Positions 1 to 12,658 of a stretch of DNA of 64,000 nt are shown here, piece by piece. Position 1 is the stretch's first letter. Each line of letters opens with the position of its first letter. Source of the DNA: Dicyema japonicum (lineage: Eukaryota; Animalia; Dicyemida); contig RDEW01000036.1 in NCBI GenBank assembly GCA_011109175.1, positions 313,583 to 377,582 of the forward strand, written 5' to 3'. The position numbers were made by a program, and so were the translations under genes. The notes beneath the pieces are model-generated. The model was not told the DNA's origin and did no database searches. It saw nothing but the letters and a program-made list of their open reading frames with translations.

Positions 1-1790
1 GCGGAGATTTTCTACTGGTCCTTTTGATTTGTTCGGTTTTTGTATGGGTATTAATAATCCATTTCCAAGTCCTAGATCGGTATTAGTTTCAAAGACGTCA
101 TTTAGGGTTTTTGCAATTGTGTCGCTAAGTTTTTTTGGCCCATATTTTAGGAGCTCAGGGCTTATGTTGTCCGGCCCAGCACTCTTGTTGTTCTTCAGTT
201 TATTTATCGCTAATTCCACCTCTTCCACTGTGATTGGGATTTTTAGCCCCTTTGCTTCTCCTTGGAAAGGGGGAATGTCATTATTTTCTTTATTCAACAG
301 TGTTTCGAAGTGTCGTGCAATCAATTCTGCTTTTTCTTTCGGGTTACCCACGAATTTTCCATCTTTGTCTTTGATATGAAGGATGTTTTGTCCTTTCTTT
401 GTCCGCAGCAGCCGCATACATCCTTGAATTGTCTTTTAGGCATTCCACATCTTTTAATAGGAATGTAATAATTTCCCGTGAGTGTTTTCTGTTCATCTTT
501 TTGATTTTCCACTTTAGTTCCCTTTGTTGGATATTAAGCTCTTTTTTTTACTCTCGTCTGACGTGTTTGCCGCTTTTAGTCGTAGCTCTCTGCAATGCTT
601 TGCCATATTTGGCACGTTCGGGTGGTGATCCAATTTTGATGATTTCGGACTCCAAGGCATATTTTGGCCGACTTGGAGATTGCCTGTTTTGTTTGATCCC
701 ACAGAGTTCGTACTGATGATTCCGGTGCGGTTTTCACCATAAGAGTCTCGATTTGTTCGTGATATTTAGCTCTACAAGTTGGCTCTAACCACAATTTTTC
801 TGTCTGAAAGTATATATTGGGTCTTTGTCTCGCCTTCTTCGTGTTTCCAATTTATTTTTTCCCAGTCAGGTGCTTTTTACACAAAGTTTTGCAATGACGA
901 TCCTGTGGTCGCTGTCGGTTGTTGTTCCCTGGTAGGAACGTGCATCATTTATCAGGTGTTTATCAGACTTTCGGCAGATAATGTAGTCGATTTGATTATA
1001 TATATATTCACGGTCTCTCCGACAGAGTTTTTTCTTTGTCCGTGCCACGTCGTCTTGTGGCAAGCTGAGTGCGTAAAGGCCGTGTTGCACAGAAGTTTAC
1101 CAGAGAGGCTCCAGATGCATTTCTCCTTCCGCGCCCGTGTCTTCCAATAGAGGATTCTTCGGGCCCCATTCGCATTCCGGCCTTTGCATTCATATCTCCC
1201 GCAACAAAGACAAGAGACGAGGAAGCATTGTTAGAGTATTGCTTGATAGTTATGAGTAGAATTCCTCGAGTTTACCGGGGTTCTTGATTACTCGTCCACA
1301 GAGTGGTGCATAGACATTTATGACGGTTAGTAGACTCTTGGACGGGCATAGTTCATTTAGTTTGACCTGTAGGACACATATTCGGTCGTTGACTCTCCAA
1401 TAGCGATGTAATTTTTTGAGGTAATCCACATGTAGGGCAAATCCCATGCCGTAGTGCTTGCATTCACTTGGGAAGAGAATCAGTCGGTAGTTGTTCCATG
1501 TCTCATCGCGTCCATTTTCGATTTTCGTCTCTTGTAGGCAGCCAATAGATATTTTGTATTTCTCGAGATCGTCACAAAGTACCTTCCTTGTCCAATCTTT
1601 CGATATTCCACGTACGTTGAACGTTATTAGCCTGAGTTCTCGATTGTATGATGAGTGTTTTTCAGACATTTTTCTTAACCGTTGTACAGAGAAGAAACGA
1701 GGTACGTCACCACCTCACAAAAAAGAGAAGAAACGTTGTACAGAGAAGAAACGAGGCACGTCACCACGCGTTACACTAGTGGACTTAAAA
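1..1790 (-). mobile_element. RTE-clade non-LTR retrotransposon, 5' half (APE endonuclease to start of RT), disrupted
   Basis: ORF from 1669 has APE motifs (ITFNVRG, CLQETK, INVYAP, GDMNAK, QIDYII, SDHRIV) and runs via frameshifts to NKSAGPDNISPELLKYG (RT start) near the window edge. A ~56-bp tandem duplication lies in the leader (1680-1767). Confidence 0.85.
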
Positions 1791-1850
1791 AAATCTAAAA
1801 AAATTTTTTTGATTTAATTTATCAAATTAAACACAAATTTATTCTTTTAT

Positions 1851-2450
1851 TTAAAACTGCCATCCGTCCAAAGTGGACCCCGCCGACATTATCGACGTTG
1901 CGTTGCCTCTCACGATTGCAACAGAGATCAATTGGAGTAGCCACCGGGTCTCACGTGCGTCGTGGCTTTTTAGTGTAGCTAAGCGTTTAAGTTTCTTTAA
2001 GAAGCGAAACGATTTTCTACTTATTCCTCCAGTTCTCTTGACCACTATCGGATAAAACGCGAATCGGTCGCGTAGCGCTTCGTATTTCTTCTCCTTTGCC
2101 CTCATCGTTTTTTCCGCGGAATACAGTGTGTCTACCGCGGTCCCGACAATGTTGGACGGGCAAAGCGTGTCGACACAAGTAGCGTCCCAGACTAAAGGTT
2201 TCTCCTCTTCGAATGGGAAAATTGTGATCCCGTAGGGACGTTTTCCGTCTCCTCTGTCCAGGCCAACAGGTTCTAGTATGGCTGGGTATCCCGCAGACTC
2301 CAGGGCTCGCTTGACAATGACAATTCCGTTGATTGCATGCACTTCTCCGACAAGAGAGGGCATGGAGTCCATAACAATCGACGGTTGAGCCACATCGGCA
2401 TTTGTGGGTCCGGCAAATCTCCAGTACAAGTCTGGTGGAGATGCCTTAAA
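1851..2450 (-). mobile_element. CRE-like (RLE-type) non-LTR retrotransposon, 3' fragment
   Basis: LEPVGLDRGDGKRPYG...LVWDATCVDT...KEKKYEAL...ISVAIVRGNA restriction-like endonuclease C-terminus; paralogous to 44794-45591. Confidence 0.8.
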
Positions 2451-2499
2451 ATTTGTTACAATTATTCGAAAATTTTATTAGAAAATTAACAAAATCCTT

Positions 2500-3543
2500 A
2501 CAAAAAAGACCTCGTTTTGGAACACTTATTTTAATTTAAAATTAAATTTTAAAGTTTCTAGAACACTTATTTTAATTTTTTTGTTTGTCTTAAAGTAATC
2601 TACACCTTTTATGGACTTAAACTACGATACAAAAATTGAAATTGCTAAATTTCTTTCAAAAAAGGAGCATTCAATTCGAAAACTCGCGAGAGTGTTTGAC
2701 ACAATTCATCCAAAAATGCATGGATGACAAAAGATGTGTTTAGATTTTGCCTTCATAGGATTAATGAACATTTTTTTTACAAAATCGGAAAATTATTCTG
2801 CTATTGGACAATGCTGGGCCTCATAATAATCTGGAATTCTCTAACATAGAATTATTTTTCCTACCTAAAAATACAACCTCGATATATCAGCCACTGGATT
2901 GTGGAATTATCAAATTTTTCAAGGACCACTATTCTACATCTTTAATAGATTTTTATGTTTTACTGACGATCATGATTTTTTTATTGAGTCCCTAAAGAAG
3001 ATAAATTTACTTCATGTGCTATTATTGATTTCTGATGCATGAACGGAGATTTCATCAGAAGTTATTATTAATTGTTGGGAAAAAGTGTTTAGCGAACACC
3101 AATCCGGGGATTTTAATGGTCATTTTATCAATGAAAAAATTGAAAAAGCTATCGAATATGTTTTAGAAGAAAATGACCCTGAGTCAGAGCAAAATTTTTA
3201 TAATGGAATTGAGGCTGAATATGTAACTATAAAAACAGCCATTGATAACATAAATATAGTTGAGGAAAACATTTTAAATATGTTGCCAGATTGTCGTAAA
3301 GGTTTTTATGATTGTAGAAAAATATTCATGCGCAATTTAAATTTTAATTATGGTTATGGACAAAAAAAATACTGATTACATTTAACAATGTTAGTTTTCC
3401 GTTAAATTTTAAGGTTTATAATCAACGAAGTATAGTTATGTACTCAATAATAACAAATTTTTGTAAGATTTATTGAATAACCTCTATTACTGGAACATCC
3501 TCTGTTTTTGGAACACTTGTTGTTCCAAATAGAAGTTAGACTG
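2500..3543 (+). mobile_element. Tigger/pogo DNA transposon relic (DDE_1 part and right TIR)
   Basis: NAWMT, LLLDNAGPH, FFLPKNTTSIYQPLDCGIIKFFK. Ends TTCCAAATAGAAGTTAGACTG, matching the end of the copy at 58615-59759. Confidence 0.85.
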
Positions 3544-3545
3544 TT

Positions 3546-3665
3546 TTTAATAGCCTTTTCACGAGAGCCTGCATAGGCAGGACACACACTTTATTTAAGT
3601 AAAGAACAGTTAATTTTAACTAATAGTAGAACCAAGGAATTATCTTCACTTTTTTTTCTTTATAA
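3546..3665 (-). mobile_element. 3' fragment of the RTE-tailed SINE
   Basis: Reverse complement of ~38575-38700. Confidence 0.75.
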
Positions 3666-3859
3666 TTTTGTTAACAAATTATTTTTTACTATATATAAAA
3701 ACAATTATAAACGCTTCTTCCAGAGTTTTAACGTTTAGCCCAAACTAAAAAACTACGAGATTAATCTGGCCGATTTTGAAATGAAGTTTATTGGGTATTT
3801 CACAGAGCTGCAAACGCTTCTTAACAAAGATATTGGAAAAAAAGTTTTTTTTATTAATT

Positions 3860-4830
3860 TAAAAATAAGATCATGTAAAAATTATTCATCTTTAATTATT
3901 TTTTGATGCGTTTCATATGTGTTTTTTATATTTCCATCAGACATCTGTATTTCGACAATATTGTGTGAAAATATATTGGTAATTGTTACACATTCACCAT
4001 ATGGAGACTCAAATTTTTTAAGGGCAAAAGGTGGATTAGTCCCAAAATCTTTCATAACTCTGACCTTTTAAAATTATTAATAAATTAGAATAACCTTATC
4101 ACCAGTTTTAAATAAATATTTACATTGATGTACACCCATTTTTTTATTTATTTTCTTAAAATATGCTGAATCCAATTTTGGTGGATTGAATTCAAATTGA
4201 AATGACGTTTCTTCTAAATCAATATTATCTAAAAGTAAACATTTTTGCCCTTATTTATTGGGTGCATGAGTGTCATCGCAATTTTCATTATTTAGTTCAC
4301 AATCTGAAAAAATTATATTAATCTCATTGAAACAACCTATATCTGTTTTAATCTCATCGACTAGTGTGTTTTCACATAAGATGCTGTTGAATCCATTAAT
4401 TCCTCAATACTTGTAAAATGGAGTATTGCCTCAAAAATAATTTAATTAAAGGTAACCTGTTGATGTATGAGTATGTAGATTATAAAAATAAACTGCTTCC
4501 TTTATGTTTTTAGTCCAACACTATTTTCGGACATCATCTTAGATAGTGATTTTGTGATTGTTTGATTGAAGCGTTTGATAATCTCTTGACTCTTTGGATT
4601 GTTAGGCCTACTATGAATTTGTTGGACGTTGAAGCGGTGAAGCGGACTCTTGCATGAGAATTTTTAAATTCTGTCCCATTATCGATTGTAAAAATCGGCA
4701 TGGTCCATAATCCAAAAAGATTTCTTTGAAGTTTTCAGCCACTTCATATACACTCTTACTTTTCATATTTTCATGTAAAAACATATTTAGAATATATATC
4801 AATTACAGTGAGAAGCCATTTGAAAATTTC
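3860..4830 (-). mobile_element. Ginger/SCAND3-type integrase relic
   Basis: KSKSVYEVAENFKEIFLDYGPCRFLQSDNGTEF integrase core, followed by a C-terminal KKFESPYG module; many lesions. Confidence 0.6.
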
Positions 4831-5054
4831 ATTGTTTTTATTAAATTGTCGTATAGTATGAGAACCCGGGGCCATCTTCGTGTCCGGGGTGATAAGTCAA
4901 ACTTATCAGTCCAAAACATATGGTTACAGGAGTCATTAATGAAACCAAAGGAATCACAATGTATTTCCATTATAACCAAAAGAATTGAACAATTGCAACA
5001 TTATCAAAAAAATTGAAAACGTAAAAAAGGCAAAAGTTCAAAAATCTGTCGCTT

Positions 5055-6310
5055 AACAGATAACATAATTTATTCGCAAAACCCCAACTAACTAAACAAG
5101 GTAAGAGCCATTAACTAAAGAGGAAAGCCAAGATTTGGGGTCGTCTATATCGGGGCACTCTCATGAGACACCGTATTTCTATTCTCCGTAAAAAGCCCCA
5201 ATTACAATGCGAGTTTCCACAAGCAATGTAATAAATCACCGATTCTTCTCGTTTTTCTTTCGTATTCGTCATCAATTTCAGATGCTAAATCCAATCCATG
5301 TGCGAGTTTAATTGCATAATTTAGACTGAAGTTAAAAACTTTAACTCTCCAGACTTCATCCATTTTACAAGGCATTTTCCATCTTGATTGGTTGTTACAC
5401 AACCATAGTCAGTATTTAGCGTTCATGTCCCCAACAAGGATTAGATATTCATTGTTTTCCATAAATTTGTCAACAATCCATGGATACTCTCGTAGTTTTT
5501 TAGAATAGATTCCTCCGATAATTATCCATCCCATGGTTGTTTGTAGTTGAATGCTTGCTAGTTCACAAAGATTTTCTTCATTGATCGTGGGTAGTCTCGT
5601 ATTTAAAGAAATTTTGTAGTAAATTGAAGTTCCTGTTCCAGAACAAGAACTAGTCTTCAAAAAAATCTAATGAGTCGTATCCATCAATTTTAAATGGTCT
5701 TTTCTTCAATTTAGTTTCGTTTATAATTATAACTTCCATCTGGATCGTGCTGGCTATAGCAACCAGCACTGAGGCCCGTTTCCGAAGAGAACGGGCATTA
5801 ATCAGAGTTATCCTGACTACTTCTGTTTTTTCGGTGGCTGCCCTCTCTTCTTAAGAGCGCCACTCTCTTCTCTGTATTGAAGCTTCTACTGTTTCTTTTT
5901 TTAGAAGGTTTCTTAATTTATGTCCTATTCCAGCCAGTTTTAATTTCTTATTCGTTCCAATTTTGGAAACTTCACTTTCTCCATTATGGGCATTTTCTCG
6001 TTTTAGAAATAATTTTCCATTCGATTCTTTCCTTTTTTGGTCAATTTTGTTTTCTTCGCAATGTTAGCTTCAACAGCCTTGGGACATCTTCCATAATTGG
6101 CAAAGTGGGTAGATGAACCACAATTCACACACGACTTATTATTGTTTGTAACCCGACACTGCGATCTTCTATGTAGCTCAGAACAAACAAGACATCTTTT
6201 AACATATTTCCATTAGGCCTGCAGTATGTCTCTCAACCTCGTTTTATATTCCTTCGTCTTGTAGCACCAGTGGCACCACTTATTGACCAGTGGCACCACA
6301 GTGGCATACA
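5055..6310 (-). mobile_element. I/Jockey-group LINE, internally deleted derivative
   Basis: ORF1 zinc knuckles (CLVCSELHRRSQC, CVNCGSSTHFANYGRCP), then ORF2 APE (INARSL, NETKL, GDMNAK) joined directly to the 3' end; RT absent. Confidence 0.75.
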
Positions 6311-6418
6311 AGAAATGAAGAGAAACCTGAGTTAAAAAATAAATTAATTAAATCAATAAAAATTTTCTATTAAAAAAATAAATCAAAATTTGAACGTAAG
6401 TTCTTGTTGAATCAATAA

Positions 6419-8473
6419 ATGGCTCGAAATTTTCTACCAGGAAATCTTGACAAATCGAAAATCTCAAATAGTAAGCAGTAATTCAGCAATTAAGGTTATT
6501 TTGAAAATTATGAAAGTGAGGACGACCAATGGGAGGGCGTCAATGGTTATTTCATATCTTTATTTAAGACAACTTAAATGACATTCCATTGGAAATATCA
6601 TTCAAAAGGGACGGGAAAATCAAAAAGTCTTCACTTCATTGAATTTTAGGACTGTCTACGAGGAGATTCTCACCTCTATTACACGAAAATACAGTTTTGG
6701 TGTCTCCAGGAAGCAGAAAATGGTCCACCAAGTGGCGCTTTGAGTAATTTAAGATTAACCTGACCATTTTGATGGCACGTGGACGATACTGGAATAGCAG
6801 ATGTTCTCAGGATATGCTCAAAGCCTTGTGTTTGTCAATTCTGCTCAACTTTGAGCCTAATTTTGCAGTTCCCTGCAAGCCCTCTTTTGCTGTACTTCAG
6901 AAAATTTATTTATTTTGCCGCCAAAATATCAAAGTGCGCAAAAAGGCGTGCAGAAAATGTAAGTCCCTCGACTTGTGTGCAAAATTGAGGAAGGCGTGCT
7001 GCAGATTCACCCTCGTTTTGGTAGTTTAGCTTCAATATGCAGCTCTATGTGGCGATTCTGAGATCTCTAGACCTTCAGGTCAGACTAATACTGTCATTTG
7101 ACACAATTCCCCTAAAACGACCGAAATGCGAGCGTTTGTTGGCCTTTTTAAGGTTGCTTCCTTTTATTCTATTAGTCTCCGAAAACTGGCGCTTAAATAT
7201 GAAATGGAAAAATCGGATGCAATTTTCAAACAAGTTGACAGGATGATCAAGAAAGTACGCAATTTAAAGCCAAAAGTTCGTCCACGTGGTACTTTTACTT
7301 TATGACAAGATTACTCGTGGGTTGAAGTCTACGACCCTTCAATACAGCAATGGAGAAGTGTATTCTTGGAGTGATCCTTTAGTTGTTGATGTGGTGGGGG
7401 GTGGAATGAATAATACTAAAAACATGGAAAAACGGTATTCTCCCCTAATATACGTCGTTTCCTTCAACAATTCTAACGAAATGGCTGATTTAACTACCAA
7501 ATACTGCCTAAAGTGGCCAGGGAGGGACAAGAGAACTGAATGTGAGTGGTTGAATGGCATCTTTGCAAAACACGGAGAGAAAAACCCGCTCCCAGGTTCA
7601 CTTATTTTTTACAAAGATGTCTCTATTAGGAATATCCCACAGAATCAGAACGCCTACTTGGACCACCCAGAGTTGTTGCATCATGTTATTGTAGTTATGT
7701 ACTGAGTCGGTTTATGGGGAAGACACGCTGTGTGTACCCTCTAAATGTTAAACCAGTCGCCCACGTGGGTGATTATGTGGTCTATATAAGGAAAGATGTT
7801 TTTCAGTTAATCGTATGTCTGATTGTGTTAGTTGAGGACTGTAGAGAAATGGCTCAGAACTGGACAACTAGTTAAGGTAACACACTCTGATGTACAAATT
7901 AGGATAAAGAATTTCCCTTTAAGAGACTAGAGGTTAGTTGGCTGTCATAGTAATAGAGAGTTCGTCCTGGTAAGTTAACATATTTTCTGGACCTTATCGG
8001 GCCATGGCAAACAGAGGACTTTAAACCTGGAATTGTCGAGAATGTATGAGTTTATGTAATATCGAGGGTTGTGCAAAGGAATAGGCTTGGGAATATCTAC
8101 CTGCTCAGAGAGGTCATGCTCCCTATAGGGACCCTTTATTTGAAATGCAAGAATGTTGATTATACAGATCCCCGACTTGACTAGGTGGGCAGGAAAATGG
8201 GAATTGATGTTGTCAAGGCAATGATTGGTTGGGAATATAGAAATCGGTCCTGTCATCCAAGGCGGGATTGTTTTGTTATTGGTGAGGTTTGATGGATTTG
8301 TTGTGTGTTGTGATGAGGCTGGGAGACTAATTGATAAGTATGATAAGGTTATGGTGAAGGAAAATAAGGAATTGAGGATACAGTCAATTCTTATAAGGTG
8401 GAAGAGATTGTTTCACCTATCAACGATAAGAATAAGAGTATTGGAAAGATATGGTTTCAGTAAAATTGATTAA
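6419..8473 (+). CDS. XPC: DNA damage recognition protein XPC/Rad4, multi-exon
   Basis: Spliced peptides VHQINLTILMARGRYWNSRCSQDMLKALCLSI, LYVAILRSLDLQVRLILSFDTIPLK, GRKMGIDVVKAMIGWEYRNRSCHPRFDGFVVC and RWKRLFHLSTIRIRVLERYG match XPC. Introns resolved at 6471-6494, 6546-6568, 6627-6649, 6732-6753, 7021-7042, 8262-8286; central introns not fully resolved. Confidence 0.9.
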
Positions 8474-8684
8474 ATATTATATATTTGAGTACTTGGAGCT
8501 ATACATAAGTTTTTATCTCCTTTATCTCCTTGGAGCTATACATAAGTTTTTATCTGTCTGTCCCATAAAATTCATTTATAAGATTTGATCACGCAGTCAG
8601 GGCAGCTTCTATATAACCTGTTACTCTATTTCTTGTTGTAGATATGGAGATTTGATCATAAAATTAGCCTTCAAATTATATATA

Positions 8685-8756
8685 GATAGCAACCTAGTGG
8701 GGTTTGAACCATTCTATTCAATCGACGTGAAGTTGACCACTTACCGCATAATCCTC
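8685..8756 (-). repeat. tRNA-like SINE head or tRNA pseudogene
   Basis: Minus strand has A-box-like GGTAAGTGG and B-box-like GGTTCAAACC; no convincing cloverleaf. Confidence 0.4.
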
Positions 8757-8809
8757 AAATAGTTCTTTGAAAAGTTTACAAATGTTGCAACATTTATAGA
8801 AGTAAAAAT

Positions 8810-9850
8810 TCTACAGGTTGATCCTGACGAGCTCTTGTCTCTTTGTTCTCTAAAGAAGAGCTGGAAAAAGTAATTAGTTTACCACATCGTCACAGCCCTA
8901 TAAATGCAAAAATTGAAAATAAAGTAAAGATATTCTCCTAGAACCCGGGGAACTATATAAATATTTGGGATGTATCTATTATCGAGAGAATCATGTTTAA
9001 CAGACTTTCTGAACATATTGATCGTAATTATATATTAAAATCAGGTTTTTTTTGTGGAGATTTTTGTACAATCTCAACACGTCAATTTTGAAAGCCTTAG
9101 ATATTAAAGCAGCGCTTTTCGATTGGGGATACGAGAAATAATTTTAAAATTATGCTTAATGTATTATATATGCAAATGATCATCAGATAAAATTTATCAA
9201 CCCCGGATACACCGAGAAAGAAGTTAAAGTAAACAACTAATTAAGTATATCCAGTTTCCACTTCTACAGAAACAGAGTCCATCCGGATTCAACATAAAGG
9301 GTAAAAGACGTCCATAGTTGCAGTTGTGGAAACCCCTCCAGTGGAGTGGGGGAGAGCAAATGATCCTTTTTCGTACGGGCCCGGCACTGGGCGCCACTTG
9401 GACATGTGGATCACATGATGCCACTCTAATAGGAAGAGAGAGGTGGAACAGACGAACAAACAGAAACTTCAATTAGCCACGAAGCAGCACATGGGCCACG
9501 TGCCACTTTAGGTTATTTTACGTAAATTGATTTATTTACATTAAAATGATTATTTTATAATATAAGAATACTATTCTCATCGTGAAATCACAGAGCCTAT
9601 CTCGGAGGACTGAAATCAGTCTCGCGTCTTCTCCAAAACGGTGTCCCCCAAGGATCTCCTTTATCTTCCGCTTTATTCAATTTATACCTGGCCGACTTCC
9701 CTACACCGGAATTCAATAACGATGTTCTACTTTCATATTCGGACGACATTGTTTTGTCTTCGCGTGATTGGGATATCCAAAATGCTACAGAAAGATTACA
9801 AATTAACCTGGACCAATATCATGTTGAGATCATTTATAATATCATTAGAG
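8810..9850 (+). mobile_element. LINE reverse-transcriptase fragments (two pieces, interrupted)
   Basis: IIERIMFNRL near 8980; GVPQGSPLSSALFNLYLAD...SYSDDIV at 9640-9750. Confidence 0.7.
9195..9505 (-). repeat. ~300-bp LINE-derived non-autonomous repeat (subfamily B)
   Basis: Colinear with 51170-51410; shares the CATGTGATCCAC core and the terminus CTCGGTGTATCCG. Confidence 0.65.
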
Positions 9851-10039
9851 TTAGGATTTCTTAAGCTTTCAGCTTTGCATGTTCAGATATAAAACTTCAT
9901 TTTTTCAAAAATTTAAGTTCAATCATTAATACATGACCCTGAACAGAATCTACCGAAGAAATTGGTTTGGAAAACCAAAGAAGAGATACCAGGAAGAATC
10001 AAAAAAGAACTAAATGAAATTATAACAAGACTGAAAGAA

Positions 10040-11460
10040 TTGGTATTAGTCAGACGCTACAGCGCCATCTATTTTCAAGGCCAGTTAATTCGACTGGTGA
10101 GTTATTACACTAGAGGCTTCCAACTATTAAGGTCACCTTCCTGTTGTCATAATCAAGTGACACTTTTTATGGTATCCTGTGTGCGTATAGTCAAGCACCT
10201 TAACCAGACGTTTGGTTCATCCCACAGCATCAGTCATGATTACCATAATTTGCGTCATAATCAAGTGACACTTTTTATGGTATCCTGTGTGCGTATAGTC
10301 AAGCACCTTAACCAGACGTTTGGTTCATCCCACAGCATCAGTCATGATTACCATAATTTGCCCACTTGGCACCCTTATTTTACGTATGACTACACTCAAG
10401 TTAGTCACACTTCTCACACGTTTAAAGTTTGAGAATAGTTTGCATCCGTATAAGCACAAATCCTCTAATCATTCGCTTTAACATATGAAACTATTCTCGA
10501 GCGCCAGCTATCCTGAGATAAATTTCGGAGAGAACCAGCTACTAAATGGCTCGATTAGTATTTCGCCCCTATATTCAGCGTCGACAATCGATTTGCACGT
10601 CAGAACCGCGATAGACCTCCACCAGTGTTGGAGAGAACCAGCTACTAGATGGCTCGATTAGTATTTCGCCCCTATATTCAGCGTCGACAATCGATTTGCA
10701 CGTCAGAACCGCGATAGACCTCCACCAGTGTTTCCACTGGCTTCATCTTAACCAGGTATAGTTCGCCATATTTCGGGTTTTTTACGCACTAGCTATCACT
10801 CCCTCTACAACCGTAGAATCAAAAAGGGGTGTATGTTGCCGAATATATCGTCACATCTAATCACTTTCATTGCGCCGCATGGAATAACTCCATTAGACTT
10901 GCTAGTACGGTAATCTCCTTGGTCCGTGTTGCAAGACGGGTCGGATAGAACACCCTTGCAATCAAGCAAATGCCAATCCTCAGTGCTTACAAGTTGGTTA
11001 TAAAATGCAGTTATTAAATAGAAAGCAACTAATATTACTACCCATCAAACACACAGGCAAACATAACCAACTAAAACACTCATTACAGCTGTTAATTGAA
11101 CAATAGTATCGAACAACATCAGGACTCTATTCGCTTCCTACTAAACGGTTTCACGCACTTTTAACCCTTTTCTCAAAGTTCTTTTCAACTTTCGCCAACT
11201 AAAACACTCATCACAGCTGTTAATTGAACTATAGTATCGAACAACATCAGGACTCTATCCGCTTCCTACTAAACGGTTTCACGCACTTTTAACCCTTTTC
11301 TCAAAGTTCTTTTCAACTTTCCTTCACGGTACTTGTCCGCTATCGAACTCGTGCATTTATTTAGTTTTAGGTGAAGCTTTCCACCCACTTTGGCTTGCAC
11401 TCACAAGCAAGCTGACTCTAACGACAATCGCAAATGAATATACCAGGCTACTACAGGCCT
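10040..11460 (-). rRNA. 28S (LSU) rRNA fragment, dispersed, probably a pseudogene
   Basis: Antisense LSU core motifs: CAGCGCCATCTATTTTCA, GGTTCATCCCACAGC, GCCAGCTATCCTGAG, GAACCAGCTACTAGATGG, CGATTTGCACGTCAGAA, CCTTGGTCCGTGTT-CAAGACGGG, TTCACGGTACTTGT. Three internal tandem duplications; no 18S or 5.8S nearby. Confidence 0.9.
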
Positions 11461-12467
11461 ATGGGATATTTGTATAAAACTCTAAAACTCATTTTGTTCA
11501 ATTGTAAGCCGTTTTTAAGAAATTGTTATTTATTAATGAGTTCTACCTGGAAGTTCCATCTTAGGAGACTTTACCTTACTAAGATTCACTTAGCAGTTTC
11601 CGTAATTAATGAACACTCAGATAATGTCCCGCTATTCTTGAAAATACAACAGAGTTGAGAACACGTACTTGCCGAAATCGGTTTAGCCCACTATACTTGA
11701 TCTTCAATAACTGCCATAATATCAGTCTTTTATACCTGAATTCTTTAAGCATCTACACAGGAGATGGACCAACGCAACATCCCTTTCATCTAAAATATCT
11801 TTCTTATTTGGGCATTCTACTCCAAATATAGATGATCCAAGGAGCTATCAAACAACACGGCTTTCTCTACAGTATTAAATAACATGAATAATTCTATTTG
11901 TCAAAGCATCTGACATTCTGAAAAATCCAATTTGTCCTCGATCTACCAATGTAGGGCATCAACAATCAAAATTACGATTATTATTTACCTGAAACAAAAA
12001 TCAATCTACCACGTGAGTGCAAAATGCTTAGTTTCAAAGAAATATATAAATTTAATATTAATTGTGACCGGTTGAATACGAGCCCAGGTTGAATACGAGC
12101 CGTTAAAAACGTTATACGTGGCGTTAAAGCCGTTAGAAATCAATAATTTTTTTTAATGAAAAATAAATCAATGAATTAATTAATTCCTATCTTTATAATG
12201 ATTAGTAATTTTAATAATTTAAATTTCTCACAAATTTTCATTTTTTAACGGCTAACATCAGATAGAATAGTAATAAATTTTTGCTCACGCTTGTTTTTGT
12301 TTTTTGTTATTAAGATCGTCTGCTTTACTCTGCTACAAAAGCAAGAAATAATAACCTATCTGAGATACCAAATTTTACCATCCAATTTGCAGAAGGAGAA
12401 ACGAAATTTCATAAGAACTGCGTCATTATTCAGACTAAAAGACTCATTGCCGGCTCAACTGTTTTTT

Positions 12468-12658
12468 NNNNNNNNNNNNNNNNNNNNNNNNNNNNNNNNN
12501 NNNNNNNNNNNNNNNNNNNNNNNNNNNNNNNNNNNNNNNNNNNNNNNNNNNNNNNNNNNNNNNNNNNNNNNNNNNNNNNNNNNNNNNNNNNNNNNNNNNN
12601 NNNNNNNNNNNNNNNNNNNNNNNNNNNNNNNNNNNNNNNNNNNNNNNNNNNNNNNNNN
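12468..12658. other. Assembly gap (N run)
   Basis: 191 N bases. Confidence 1.

Noticed and set aside
9962-10432. 156-aa ORF with an internal repeat
   Set aside because: Antisense to 28S rRNA; the repeat is the 108-bp duplication.
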